Assembly (NCBI GenBank): GCA_964503045.1
Contig: CAZCZI010000011.1
Location: 62,895 to 126,894 of the forward strand
Reading direction: 5' to 3'
Source: an uncultured Candidatus Obscuribacterales bacterium
Lineage (GTDB): Bacteria > Cyanobacteriota > Vampirovibrionia > Obscuribacterales > Obscuribacteraceae
DNA length: 64,000 nt
A program made the translations under genes and the position numbers. Positions 1 through 9,327 of the stretch are shown piece after piece. The notes under the pieces are model-generated. The model worked only from the letters and a program-made list of their open reading frames with translations, was not told the DNA's origin and did not search any database. Positions within the stretch are counted from its first letter, which is position 1; every line of letters begins with the position of its first letter.

Positions 1-738
1 GACAATTCGGGCGTAACACGCGCATCCATAGTCAATATTTTGATTATCGTGGCGAACATCTTGGTTTTCGTCTTCCTTCAGGGAATGGGTTCCAACCAGG
101 CTTTTGACATGGCGTTCTCAGCTGTTCCATCTGAGATTCTGTCAGGACATGACGTCGCAGGCGCGTTCTCGATCTCATCCGGTGGGCAAACAGGGACGAT
201 GCGGCTTGAGCAAACGCCGATTCCCGTCTATCTGACCTTAATCACATCCATGTTCATGCATGGAGGGTTCGCTCACATTTTCGGCAACATGATGTTTCTC
301 TGGGTGTTTGGTGACAACCTCGAACATGCGATGGGTCACTTGAAGTACTTGTCCTTCTACTTGGTTTGCGGAGTGCTGGCTGGACTGTCTCACGTTTTTG
401 CAACAGCGTTCGGTCACCAGGATCTCAATATTCCGATGCTTGGTGCATCCGGAGCTATCTCTGGTGTTCTTGGCGGCTACATCATGCTGTTTCCCCATAG
501 AAGAGTACGCGTGCTAGTAATGCGCATGGTGACTGACATGCCTGCGATTGCTGCGTTGGGAATCTGGTTCGTGTTTCAAATAATTGAAGGAATGGGAATT
601 CTAGGTGGCGGTGGCGGAGTGGCTTACGGCGCCCATATCGGCGGATTTGCCGCTGGCTGCATTTTGGTTCACGTGTTTGCCGATCGCAGCGTCGTCGAAG
701 AAATGAACTCCAGTTCCAATACCGGTTACAACTACTAG
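1..738 (+). CDS. Rhomboid-family intramembrane serine protease (5' end probably lies outside the window)
   Basis: The frame is open from nt 1, and the TTG at 40 is only the first in-window start. Motifs seen: HIFGNMMFLW (HxxxN), GASGAISGVLGGY (GxSG catalytic Ser) and AHIGGFAAG (catalytic His). There are multiple hydrophobic helices. Confidence 0.85.
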   Translation, partial: DNSGVTRASIVNILIIVANILVFVFLQGMGSNQAFDMAFSAVPSEILSGHDVAGAFSISSGGQTGTMRLEQTPIPVYLTLITSMFMHGGFAHIFGNMMFLWVFGDNLEHAMGHLKYLSFYLVCGVLAGLSHVFATAFGHQDLNIPMLGASGAISGVLGGYIMLFPHRRVRVLVMRMVTDMPAIAALGIWFVFQIIEGMGILGGGGGVAYGAHIGGFAAGCILVHVFADRSVVEEMNSSSNTGYNY

Positions 739-780
739 AATCATCTGTTTCGCAGTGAGAGCAACCTCGAGAAAAATCAG

Positions 781-1944
781 CTACTTCTTCTTGCTCATCT
801 TGTTGCAACTCGCGCCCAACGCACCGCCAAGTGCGGTCATGCCGCACACCGAGAGAAATGCAATTGATAAAGTAGTTGCATCCAGCAAACCATTTGGAAG
901 CGGACCATCTGTCGGAAAGAAACCAAACAGCGCGCCGAATGCAGCGATGCTGGTCAGTCCAAGACCCAATAGTAACGGGGACTGCGTGACGACTGAAAGG
1001 AATGCGCAGCCGGAAATCGATTTCGACTTCGATGCGATTGCCATGCAAAATCCTGGAACCATGGCGGAGTATGCAAGCATGATACTGACTATTGCCAACG
1101 CAGAAGAAGTAGCTGGTGAGTAGGGTCTGGAAGGTTCGCCCGAGGAGCTCATTGCGAAGGCCATGGCGATTGATACGCCACACAAAATCGCCGGTGCCAA
1201 AAGTCCCCACAATGTTGATCGTAGGAGTTTCGGTACAGACAACGATTTTGGAAGGTGGTCTCGAAGTAGAGAACCAAGTCCCCGGCTGGCAAAACAGATT
1301 CCCAGCGTGAGTGCTGCAAGGATCAGACCACCTACGAGTGTTATTGAACCGCTTGATACTGCGCCGACGTACAACAACACAGCAAGGAACACTGCCATGA
1401 ATGAGAGTGAGCGGCGAAGGTGTTTTGATTTGCGCGAATCGAGAGCAGTAGCCCAAAACGCGGCATTGGCTATCAAGCCAATGTAAAAACCAAGCACCTG
1501 TGGAGTCATTGATGCCCGCATGAATGTGTCCATGTTTACGGCTGTGAAAAGCCAGGAGACATGACCGGCAAAGAAGTACGAAAGCGGGAAGAGCAGCATT
1601 GCTGCAAGTCCCCCAGTTACAGCGCCAACGAATGTGAGAATCGCCAACAGCACTGCCTTTGTGCGTGAATTGTTGTTGTCCCCATGCAATGATTGCGAAC
1701 CGGCAACGGTGCATGCCGCCATCCACGTTTTTTCAGCTGCGAATGGATCGCCGACGATTTTGGATAGAGAAGCCGGCTTCGAGAGCGACTCAATGCTGCA
1801 TTGGTCTGATCTCGGCGAATCTTCGACTTCGCTTAGTTTGATATTTTCCGACTCTTGAACCTTGCAGCGAGAGAATACACCTCTGGTTCCAAGGGAGGCA
1901 TGACGCTTCAACTTGTCTTTGACGTCCATCGGTAAAAGCCCCAT
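781..1944 (-). CDS. Polytopic membrane protein, function unknown
   Basis: 387-aa ORF with a soluble N-terminus of about 100 aa followed by 8 or more Gly/Ala/Leu-rich hydrophobic segments. It is convergent with the rhomboid gene. I recognise no motif. Confidence 0.55.
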   Translation of the reverse strand: MGLLPMDVKDKLKRHASLGTRGVFSRCKVQESENIKLSEVEDSPRSDQCSIESLSKPASLSKIVGDPFAAEKTWMAACTVAGSQSLHGDNNNSRTKAVLLAILTFVGAVTGGLAAMLLFPLSYFFAGHVSWLFTAVNMDTFMRASMTPQVLGFYIGLIANAAFWATALDSRKSKHLRRSLSFMAVFLAVLLYVGAVSSGSITLVGGLILAALTLGICFASRGLGSLLRDHLPKSLSVPKLLRSTLWGLLAPAILCGVSIAMAFAMSSSGEPSRPYSPATSSALAIVSIMLAYSAMVPGFCMAIASKSKSISGCAFLSVVTQSPLLLGLGLTSIAAFGALFGFFPTDGPLPNGLLDATTLSIAFLSVCGMTALGGALGASCNKMSKKK

Positions 1945-2094
1945 CGCCGCTTATGTTTTTATTCCACGGCGGATCGGCTGTTTCACATCATTAGAGGATG
2001 CTAACCAGCTTTGATGACTTTGGGTGGGGCATCTGGTTACTTAAGTAATGTGCGGTGCAAAATGCACGGATTTGCCAGCGGTGAATTGGTCAGG

Positions 2095-5000
2095 TTAGAA
2101 CGAGAAGAGAAACTCGAGATCTTCTTGCGTCAGTTCCTTCGCAACGCTTTCGTCTCCGCCGATGACGAGGTCTGCCAGCTCTTTCTTTTTCTTTTGCAAA
2201 CCAAGAATCTTTTCTTCGACGGTGCCGCGTGTGATCAACTTGTAGTTGAATACGTGCCTTGTTTGCCCGATTCTGTGAGCTCTGTCCGTGGCTTGGTTTT
2301 CGACTGCCGGGTTCCACCATGGGTCATAGTGAATGACATAGTCGGCGCCTGTGAGGTTCAATCCGGTGCCGCCTGCCTTCAAACTGATCAAGAAGATCGG
2401 AATTGATTCATCGGCATTGAATCGATTTACTTTGTCGAGACGATCTTTGGCTGGTGTCTGACCGTCAATGTATTCATATGTATAGCCGGCTTTTTCGATG
2501 TCGGCTCGAATGAGCGTGAGCATCTCGACGAATTGGCTGAAGATCAGAATCTTGTGACCTTCGTCGACGATTTCATCGATCATGTTAAGCAAAGCGTCGA
2601 GTTTGGACGAACCTTCTTTCGCTTCTTCTTCGCGATTCTTGAGAAGACGTGGGTCGCAGCAGACTTGCCTCAAGCGCAGAAGCGCCGCAAGCACGGAAAT
2701 TTGTGAACGCTTGATGCCGCGCGTGGCGATTTCGTTGAATACTTTCTGGCGGCACTCGTCCAGTACGTCCAAGTACAGTGAGCGCTGGTCGTCTTCTAGT
2801 TCGCACAAGTGAATGATGTCTGTACGATCCGGGAGTTCTTTTTCCACCTGACTCTTCAAGCGGCGCAGAATGAATGGGTGAACGATCTTGCGAAGCTTTT
2901 GCCCGACGCCGTCCACGCCTGCTTCGATGGGACGCTCGAAGGTATCGTTGAACTCTTTATGTGTGCCCAAGAAATCGGGCATAAGGAAGTCGAAGAGCGA
3001 CCAGAGTTCTTTCAAGCGGTTCTCTACCGGTGTACCTGATAAAGCTAGGCGGTGGAACGCTTTGAGGCTCTTGGCTGCCATCGCGCCCACTGATTCCGGA
3101 TTTTTGATGTTTTGAGCTTCATCGAGAATGAGGAATTCGAACTGAATGTGCTTCAGCGCCTCCCAATCTCTTCTGATGATACCGTATGTGGTGAAGACCA
3201 CGTCCGGTCGATTGGCGGCTTGCTTCTCCAGCCTCGTGAGCAGTTCTTGGCGGTCGCGACCGAGGAAGAGCCCGGTAGAAAGAGTCGGGGTAAACTTTTC
3301 GGCTTCAGAGAGCCAGTTGTATACGACTGAAGTCGGTGCCACCACCAGTGAAGGCGCACGTTTGCCGCCTTTGTGACCGTTCTTGTAATGATTGAGCAGA
3401 AGTGCCAGCGCTTGTATGGTTTTTCCAAGACCCATATCATCGGCAAGAATACCGGCCAAACCGTACTCTCGAAGGAAGGACAACCAGTTGCAACCTTCTT
3501 TTTGGTATTCGCGCAACTCACCTGAAAAGTCTTTGGGAATCTTTGCGGGTTCCAACTCTTTGAAGTGATGAATCTTGTGAATGAATTCCTGGAAGCCGGT
3601 ATCGGTTTCGATGTCAATGTCGTGCGTGTCTAGGGCGTGGGTGATTGCCAACGCTTGATAGAGCGGCCGTGATGTGTCTTTGCTTTGCCCGATAGACTTG
3701 AGCAGACTCATAAGCGATGTCGTAGGAATTCGCACATTGTCGCCGTTGGAAAGCTTGAGATAAGCCTTGTTTCTAAACAATGCATCCAGCACCAATCCAA
3801 ACGGAATCTCTTCAGCGTCTGAAGAGCAAACGAGATCGAAGTCAAACTTGAATGAGTCTTTTTTGAGCGACAACTTCGCTTGCAGATGCAGTTGCTGTTT
3901 CTTGACTCGATAGTTCTTTAGTGCATCGAATCCGGTGATATCCCAATCGCTGCACTGTTCTGACTGCAAATAAAAGAGTGCATCCAGTGCCGGTTCGTCC
4001 ATGAAGAAAAAGCGATCTGCGATCGTTCTTTGCGGCTGCATGTTGGAGAGGAATCTTCGTACTTGATTCTCTTGATCCCAAAGACGTTTTACCCAAACGC
4101 TCTGCCCGGACTCGGATATGGTTCTCGTGTACTGTTCTGATTCGACTGCGCTGGTCTCGTCTTTGGACGGCAGAACGAGTACGCCGTATCTAAAGCCAAG
4201 AGAAACCTCGAGAGCGCTCGCGGTAGAACTTGCTGATCCACTGGCGGCACCCGCCTTTCTTTCCCCTAGTCTGATCACCACCTGCGGTGGCTCGGTGATG
4301 GCGACGGGGAATGGTGCGGATGTCTCGTCGAGCCGCACAGCCATGCGTTTTATGAGAATGGGAAGATCGACCGCCAGGAATTTGGGGACCACTTCCAGCT
4401 TCACTGTCATCTGACCGTGCGCGTCAAACCATTGGAACAATTTGTGCAGAGGGTTGAGATCGATTGAGTAAAACTTGTTTTCGGACAATACCCAAGAGCA
4501 GGACTGGCTGAGGAAGAAGACCGGGTGTGCGACCGGCTCTCCGTTTTCATTGAGACCTTCGAGCCTTAGCAGCAACTCGCCGCTTTCGGTTTCGGAAAGC
4601 ACCGCGCGTGGTTTTAGCTGTGTCGTCGAGAAAGTTACTTCAGTTTGATCGACAGCGCTTATCAGTCGCGTGCAAGTGCTCAATTGAGCGATAACCACGC
4701 CTTCATCGTTGCGCGGAATGCGGTGCCCGCCGGCAGCTCCTTTGGTCTGCTGGGGCTGAGAGGTGAGGTATTTGGTCAGTTTCCAAATACGTGACTCGGG
4801 CTCGAGTGTATCGAGAATCATCGGTGGAACTTTAAGAATATTGACCTTGCCTTGTTGTTGCTCAGGCAAGACACCCAAAATCAAGGCCAGTGGTTTTTCC
4901 AAAACGAGAATGCCAAGCTCGAAATCTCTTTGACAAGGTTCGCTCAGATTCATGGTCTTGGGATCATCAAGCACATCCTTGGCTTTAGGACCCCGCTCCA

Positions 5001-5355
5001 TGGGCGAATCTTTTGGCCGTTCCCCCTCATTTAAATCAAAGCGAATACCGGGATTTGCTTTGGCGATATGAGTGAGCAAAACCGAGACTGAGTGTTTGCA
5101 AACTTCTTCAAAGTAGGGACATGAACATTCGGCTTTGAAGTTCTCAGGCGTGTCTATAGTGACAATGACTTTGTACGGCTGAGGCTCCGATCCGATGACG
5201 AGTGCTTCAATGCGACCAGCATCGTCTTCATCGTATTTGAGAACTTTTTTGCGGCGGTAGTATTGCACGCCACGGCGATAAACGGGCTCACTGCTTGCCT
5301 CCTGCACAGCTTGGAGGGAGAGCACCTGTCGTTTGCCAGAAACCGGTTTAGACAT
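2095..5355 (-). CDS. SNF2-family helicase with N-terminal SWIM zinc finger
   Basis: SWIM finger CSCPYFEEVCKHSV. SNF2 motif I LADDMGLGKT, motif II DEAQNIKN. Helicase-C motifs LIFSQF, GGTGLNLTGADYVIHYDPWWNP and QATDRAHRIGQ. 1086 aa with an ATG start at 5355. Confidence 0.9.
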   Translation of the reverse strand: MSKPVSGKRQVLSLQAVQEASSEPVYRRGVQYYRRKKVLKYDEDDAGRIEALVIGSEPQPYKVIVTIDTPENFKAECSCPYFEEVCKHSVSVLLTHIAKANPGIRFDLNEGERPKDSPMERGPKAKDVLDDPKTMNLSEPCQRDFELGILVLEKPLALILGVLPEQQQGKVNILKVPPMILDTLEPESRIWKLTKYLTSQPQQTKGAAGGHRIPRNDEGVVIAQLSTCTRLISAVDQTEVTFSTTQLKPRAVLSETESGELLLRLEGLNENGEPVAHPVFFLSQSCSWVLSENKFYSIDLNPLHKLFQWFDAHGQMTVKLEVVPKFLAVDLPILIKRMAVRLDETSAPFPVAITEPPQVVIRLGERKAGAASGSASSTASALEVSLGFRYGVLVLPSKDETSAVESEQYTRTISESGQSVWVKRLWDQENQVRRFLSNMQPQRTIADRFFFMDEPALDALFYLQSEQCSDWDITGFDALKNYRVKKQQLHLQAKLSLKKDSFKFDFDLVCSSDAEEIPFGLVLDALFRNKAYLKLSNGDNVRIPTTSLMSLLKSIGQSKDTSRPLYQALAITHALDTHDIDIETDTGFQEFIHKIHHFKELEPAKIPKDFSGELREYQKEGCNWLSFLREYGLAGILADDMGLGKTIQALALLLNHYKNGHKGGKRAPSLVVAPTSVVYNWLSEAEKFTPTLSTGLFLGRDRQELLTRLEKQAANRPDVVFTTYGIIRRDWEALKHIQFEFLILDEAQNIKNPESVGAMAAKSLKAFHRLALSGTPVENRLKELWSLFDFLMPDFLGTHKEFNDTFERPIEAGVDGVGQKLRKIVHPFILRRLKSQVEKELPDRTDIIHLCELEDDQRSLYLDVLDECRQKVFNEIATRGIKRSQISVLAALLRLRQVCCDPRLLKNREEEAKEGSSKLDALLNMIDEIVDEGHKILIFSQFVEMLTLIRADIEKAGYTYEYIDGQTPAKDRLDKVNRFNADESIPIFLISLKAGGTGLNLTGADYVIHYDPWWNPAVENQATDRAHRIGQTRHVFNYKLITRGTVEEKILGLQKKKKELADLVIGGDESVAKELTQEDLEFLFSF

Positions 5356-5536
5356 TAGTTCAGGGCTACCTGAATCAGGGATTAAAGTTCAATAGCATCG
5401 TCTGCACTCGCCACAAGATGCGGTAAGGGCAGAAGATATCGCCTCAACTAAAAGCTTAGCACGTCGCTTTGCCGGACTATGAAAAACATAATAATTCTTG
5501 AAAATCGCTCTATATTTGTTTGGCGCCGCCGACCTA

Positions 5537-6715
5537 TTATCTGGGCGGGCTCATGTCGAAGAGGTTTTCAGGCAGATTCGGGTATTGAGGCTGTACCTGA
5601 TTTTCAAGGTCAGGAACGCCTACAAATGCAGCGTTGTCCACAATCTTCTTCATCTCCGACTGCCTTTGCTCCAGAATGGCGCAATAGTCATGCAGCAATC
5701 CGGCTTGGCTCTTCAACGTCCTGGCATTGTCGGTCAATTCCGGAATCAATCCCTCGATTTCTTCGAGAAGTGCACTAGGTGGATGCACGGGCGGACGCAC
5801 TTTGACGCCTGCCTGATTGGTGTATGGTGCCGGCTGGGCTTGAGGTTGTGCTCCTTTTAGCGAGTCTCGCAGCCGTTCCAATCCTTGTTTCAAGCCAAGA
5901 GCGCGGCGATAGGCTTGATCGGCTTCTTTTTCAAGCCATGCCTTACGCGTCTTTTGAGTGGTCAGTTCTGCCGAAAGGTGCTCAAGTGCACGTTTCCTGA
6001 TATCCAGCTCGCGCTGAATGTGCTCCAACTCCTTCTGTTTAAGCTCGATTCCGCGTCTTCTCAGCCAAACCAGAAGAACGGCCACTAGGCAAAACCCAAT
6101 AATGCTGAGCGTAATGAAGAGGTATCCGCGTTTTGCACCCGACATTTCCCAGAAACCGGTCAATGCGAAGCGGGCAATATCTTCGAAGAATGTTGGCGCG
6201 TCGGCTCTAAGGTAATAGAGACGGCCCAAGATTCTGCCCTTGGGGATGCCTGTAACTTGCGTTGCTTTGTCGGCTCTGGGCGAAACATGCTCATACATCG
6301 GCTCGAGCTGAGGTGGATCGGTCAAAACGTCATAAGGCTCACCTTCTTTTGTAAGCACCTCGGGACTTGCTTTGTGTTGCCATGATTCACGATTGTTGTA
6401 GGTCTTGTTGGTTCTGTACAAAATGGCATTCCCGGACGGATCTGTAACGACCAGACCAAACAATCCGAAGTTGGCATCAAGCACCTTTTGAACGAGATCG
6501 TCTCTTCCTGCTTGGATGTACTGGGACAGAGTCATCGGCAAGGTGTGATGAAGAAGGTTGAAATCAGTGGTTTGAACGCGATAGATGGTTCCAAACCAGT
6601 AGCTCTGGTAATGAGCGTGACAGAGGATTAGCCAAGCCAATAGCCCTAAAGCGCAGACCACTGGAATTAGCATTCGCTTGCGAAGACTCAATAAATACTT
6701 GTCGACATCGAACAT
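5537..6715 (-). CDS. Bitopic membrane protein with a ~190-aa extracytoplasmic domain and a cytoplasmic coiled coil
   Basis: Two TM segments (LIPVVCALGLLAWLILC and YLFITLSIIGFCLVAVLLVWL) followed by heptad-rich ELKQKELEHIQRELDIRKRALEHL. The start is uncertain. I chose the ATG at 6715 (an alternative ATG is at 6673), because the longest ORF, running to 6943, adds a Cys/Arg-rich non-protein-like leader. Confidence 0.6.
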   Translation of the reverse strand: MFDVDKYLLSLRKRMLIPVVCALGLLAWLILCHAHYQSYWFGTIYRVQTTDFNLLHHTLPMTLSQYIQAGRDDLVQKVLDANFGLFGLVVTDPSGNAILYRTNKTYNNRESWQHKASPEVLTKEGEPYDVLTDPPQLEPMYEHVSPRADKATQVTGIPKGRILGRLYYLRADAPTFFEDIARFALTGFWEMSGAKRGYLFITLSIIGFCLVAVLLVWLRRRGIELKQKELEHIQRELDIRKRALEHLSAELTTQKTRKAWLEKEADQAYRRALGLKQGLERLRDSLKGAQPQAQPAPYTNQAGVKVRPPVHPPSALLEEIEGLIPELTDNARTLKSQAGLLHDYCAILEQRQSEMKKIVDNAAFVGVPDLENQVQPQYPNLPENLFDMSPPR

Positions 6716-7018
6716 AAATGATTGGTCGCAAAATTTCCCATGACAACCGATGTTGTAGCATCGCCATATCCGTTTGTACATACGTACACATACGAACTGG
6801 CGCCGCTGGCTGGCACATTTGGGGATTTCGCAAAATTCCTTCATTAATGTTGTCCACACAACAGTTTTGACGGTTAGAGAAACAACAGCATGGGAACTAA
6901 AGAAGTGTTGGAAGCTCATAACGGAGGAGTTAAGAGCGTTCAATTATCCAAAATATGATCTCATCGAGATCCCTTTGGGAAATACCACCAATAGGTGGAA
7001 TCCGAATACCGGATACGA

Positions 7019-7048
7019 GCCAGGCCTCGAGCCTGGCTTTTGCTTTTT
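7019..7048 (+). terminator. Intrinsic-terminator-like hairpin in the leader of the MshEN-repeat gene
   Basis: GCCAGGC-ctcga-GCCTGGC forms a 7-bp GC-rich stem followed by TTTTGCTTTTT. Two smaller hairpins lie upstream (gatctc/gagatc near 6955-6969 and ccacc/ggtgg near 6995-7008). Confidence 0.4.
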
Positions 7049-7157
7049 GATGAGATCACACTGTGTCGCACTGTTTGCAGCCAATTGGCGCTTGCGTTGG
7101 CATATTGTTGTCGAGCGGTTACGCTATATTTATGGAACACTTGAAAGTGGTTACAAG

Positions 7158-9134
7158 ATGACGACAGACGGCTCGGCGATCAGGCTGGGTGACTTACTGA
7201 CAGGCGCCGGACTTCTAAAGCCCGAAGATCTCCGAGAGGCGATGGTCATTGCTAAGAATCAAGCTCTTCCCGTCGGAAGAGTCCTCATCATGTCTAACTA
7301 CATCAGTGAGCACAACCTTCAGGCTGCTGTGCAAGCACAATCTTTGTTGAAAGATGGATTGATCGATCTCGACACGGTTTTGACCGCGTTGAGGGGTGTC
7401 ACGGCAGAAGGAGTGACTCTCGAGCAATCTCTCAATAATCTTGGATGGAGTCAAAAAGCGGCGCTGCCTACCAACAAGCTCGGAGAGCTGTTGGTTGAAG
7501 GCGGCTTGATTACCGCAGAGCAATTAGATGGTGCGCTCAAGCAATGCGTGTCGAGCGGACTGCCCTTAGGTAGAGTGTTGGTCGTCACAGGGCTCATTAA
7601 CGAGCAGCTTTTGACAGCATCTCTTAACGCTCAGATCTTGCTGAGAGATCAAAAGGTGACTCGCGAACAAGCACTCCTCGGTTTGAAGGCTTGCCGAGAT
7701 CGCCAGATTTCGATTGAGCAATCGCTCACCGAATCAGGCATGATGCAGTTGCCGACCAACGAAACCGTTCGTCTGGGCGAACTGCTGGTCTCAGCCGGAT
7801 TGCTTGACGAAAGCCAACTGATGCACGTCGTCGAACTTGGTTTGATCAACGAACAACCGGTCGGACAAATACTGATCAAGCTTGGACTCACAAACGAAAC
7901 CACATTGTCATCGGCACTTTCCATTCAGGCAATGGTGGCAAGCGGCAGCTTGAAAAAATCCGACAGTGGACAAGCCTTAGCCAATGCAAACAGCAAAGGC
8001 ATTTCTGCCGAAGAGGCAGCAAGAGAGTTTCAACCGAATGTCTTGCAACCGGTCGATCCCATTCCTTTGTATCAATTCCTCCAGCTCGCCGGAATCATCG
8101 GACCCAAAGATATCGAAGATGCGCTCAAAGTCGGCTCTCGCGATTCCGATCTGATGGGCAAGATGCTGATGCTTTCAGGTAAGTTGGAACAGCCATTATT
8201 GACTGCAGCGCTTTCCTGCAACGATTTGATCACGCAAGGATATCTAAAGTCGGAGCAAGGAATCATTGCCATTGGTGTATGCCATAAGAACAATTGCAGC
8301 TTGGACAGCGCATTTTTAGAGCTCGGTTGGAATTTGGCGGCAGGCCCGGTTACGGGACCGGCACCGGTTCAAGCAGCTGCGGCTGCTCCGGTTTCTCAAA
8401 CGCCGGTTGCTCAAGACGTCGTTCAGTCTGCACAACCGTTCTCTCAAGAGGCTCAGCCGTTTCCGCAAGCGACTCCGCAACCCTTTCCATCACCGACTGA
8501 ACCGGTGCCGGCTCCAGCCGCCGCTGCTGCTTATGCATATGCCGAAGCGAATGATGGTGGGTGGTCGCAAGCCACCGACGGCGGATGGTCTCAAGCTGCA
8601 GCTGCCGCGCAGCAACCGACTGCTGCAGCCGGATACGAATCACAGCAGGTAACAGGCCCGCAGCCGGTTTTCACCTCGGCTGCAAGCGAGCCACAAGCTA
8701 CGCAACCAGCGTACAACTATGAGTCATCACATGTGACACCGCCTCCGCAACCGGCATACGACTACGAGTCATCACATGTGACGCCGCCTCCGCAACCGGC
8801 ATACAACTACGAGTCATCGCATGTGACACCTCCGCCATACCATCAACCCTCGCCGACGATGGAAGTCAACGAGCCCGATCTCGGAGTGCAGACATCTCCG
8901 ACCGTTGGTGCTATCCCGGTCGCTCCATTCACCCAAACCCATGACCCCATGTCCATTGTCGAGGCGAGTTCGCGGACTATGGACGTTCCTATCGTTCAGC
9001 ATGAGCTGACTGGTGAAGCAGCCGAGCCGCCGCCACCGGAAAAACCACGTAAACGCCTGGCCGATCTCGTGCCCAACACGCGTCCACCGTCTGCCGGCGG
9101 CGGAAGCAACACCAACCCAGGCGTAAATATTTAG
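7158..9134 (+). CDS. Stand-alone protein with four MshEN/T2SSE_N-like repeats and a Pro/Gln/Ala-rich repetitive C-terminus
   Basis: Four modules of about 95 aa begin IRLGDLLTGAGLL, NKLGELLVEGGLI, VRLGELLVSAGLL and IPLYQFLQLAGII, each followed by a second half such as PVGRVLIMSNYISEHNLQAAVQAQ. There is no ATPase domain. I take the ATG at 7158 as the start because the in-frame upstream extension from 6774 runs through a terminator hairpin. Confidence 0.7.
   Translation: MTTDGSAIRLGDLLTGAGLLKPEDLREAMVIAKNQALPVGRVLIMSNYISEHNLQAAVQAQSLLKDGLIDLDTVLTALRGVTAEGVTLEQSLNNLGWSQKAALPTNKLGELLVEGGLITAEQLDGALKQCVSSGLPLGRVLVVTGLINEQLLTASLNAQILLRDQKVTREQALLGLKACRDRQISIEQSLTESGMMQLPTNETVRLGELLVSAGLLDESQLMHVVELGLINEQPVGQILIKLGLTNETTLSSALSIQAMVASGSLKKSDSGQALANANSKGISAEEAAREFQPNVLQPVDPIPLYQFLQLAGIIGPKDIEDALKVGSRDSDLMGKMLMLSGKLEQPLLTAALSCNDLITQGYLKSEQGIIAIGVCHKNNCSLDSAFLELGWNLAAGPVTGPAPVQAAAAAPVSQTPVAQDVVQSAQPFSQEAQPFPQATPQPFPSPTEPVPAPAAAAAYAYAEANDGGWSQATDGGWSQAAAAAQQPTAAAGYESQQVTGPQPVFTSAASEPQATQPAYNYESSHVTPPPQPAYDYESSHVTPPPQPAYNYESSHVTPPPYHQPSPTMEVNEPDLGVQTSPTVGAIPVAPFTQTHDPMSIVEASSRTMDVPIVQHELTGEAAEPPPPEKPRKRLADLVPNTRPPSAGGGSNTNPGVNI
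8703..8837 (+). repeat. In-frame 45-nt tandem repeat x3 inside the MshEN-repeat gene
   Basis: Three near-identical units at 8703-8747, 8748-8792 and 8793-8837 encode QPAY(N/D)YESSHVTPPP. A DGGWSQA duplication lies just upstream, near 8556-8600. Confidence 0.9.
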
Positions 9135-9327
9135 CACCGCCGGTGGTGTTAGAAGGCGAGTGCGACTTTAGCCCGACTTCCGGTGTCGGGCTCATGAGAA
9201 GCTGGCTTGCCGCCACAACTTAATCTAGATAAAGCCCCCTTGATAAACGATCTATGGTATATAAATCGCCCTATATATCTGGCAGCAGTTGCGCAAGCAC
9301 ACTTACTTTGTTGCATAGGAGAATCAC

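Noticed and set aside
482-1726. 414-aa minus-strand ORF overlapping the rhomboid gene and the membrane-protein gene, together with nearby 60-120-aa ORFs.
   Set aside because: It lies antisense or out of frame to two ORFs with clear membrane-protein character. Its translation is Arg/Cys/Trp-rich and looks like a shadow ORF.
2095-5355. SNF2 helicase as part of a DISARM- or Zorya-like defence system, together with the methyltransferase at 39342.
   Set aside because: The two genes are 34 kb apart, and none of the other signature genes (DUF1998 helicase, PLD nuclease, ZorA/B) is present near either.
6774-7157. In-frame 128-aa N-terminal extension of the MshEN-repeat ORF.
   Set aside because: The extension overlaps the start region of the divergent gene, is Trp/Arg/Cys-rich, and runs through a strong terminator hairpin at 7019-7048. 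The ATG at 7158 directly precedes the first repeat.
9240-9266. Candidate sod promoter: TTGATA followed by TGgTATATAAAT.
   Set aside because: The spacing between the -35-like and -10-like hexamers is only about 12-15 nt. It is plausible only as an extended -10 promoter, which is not strong enough to list as a feature.
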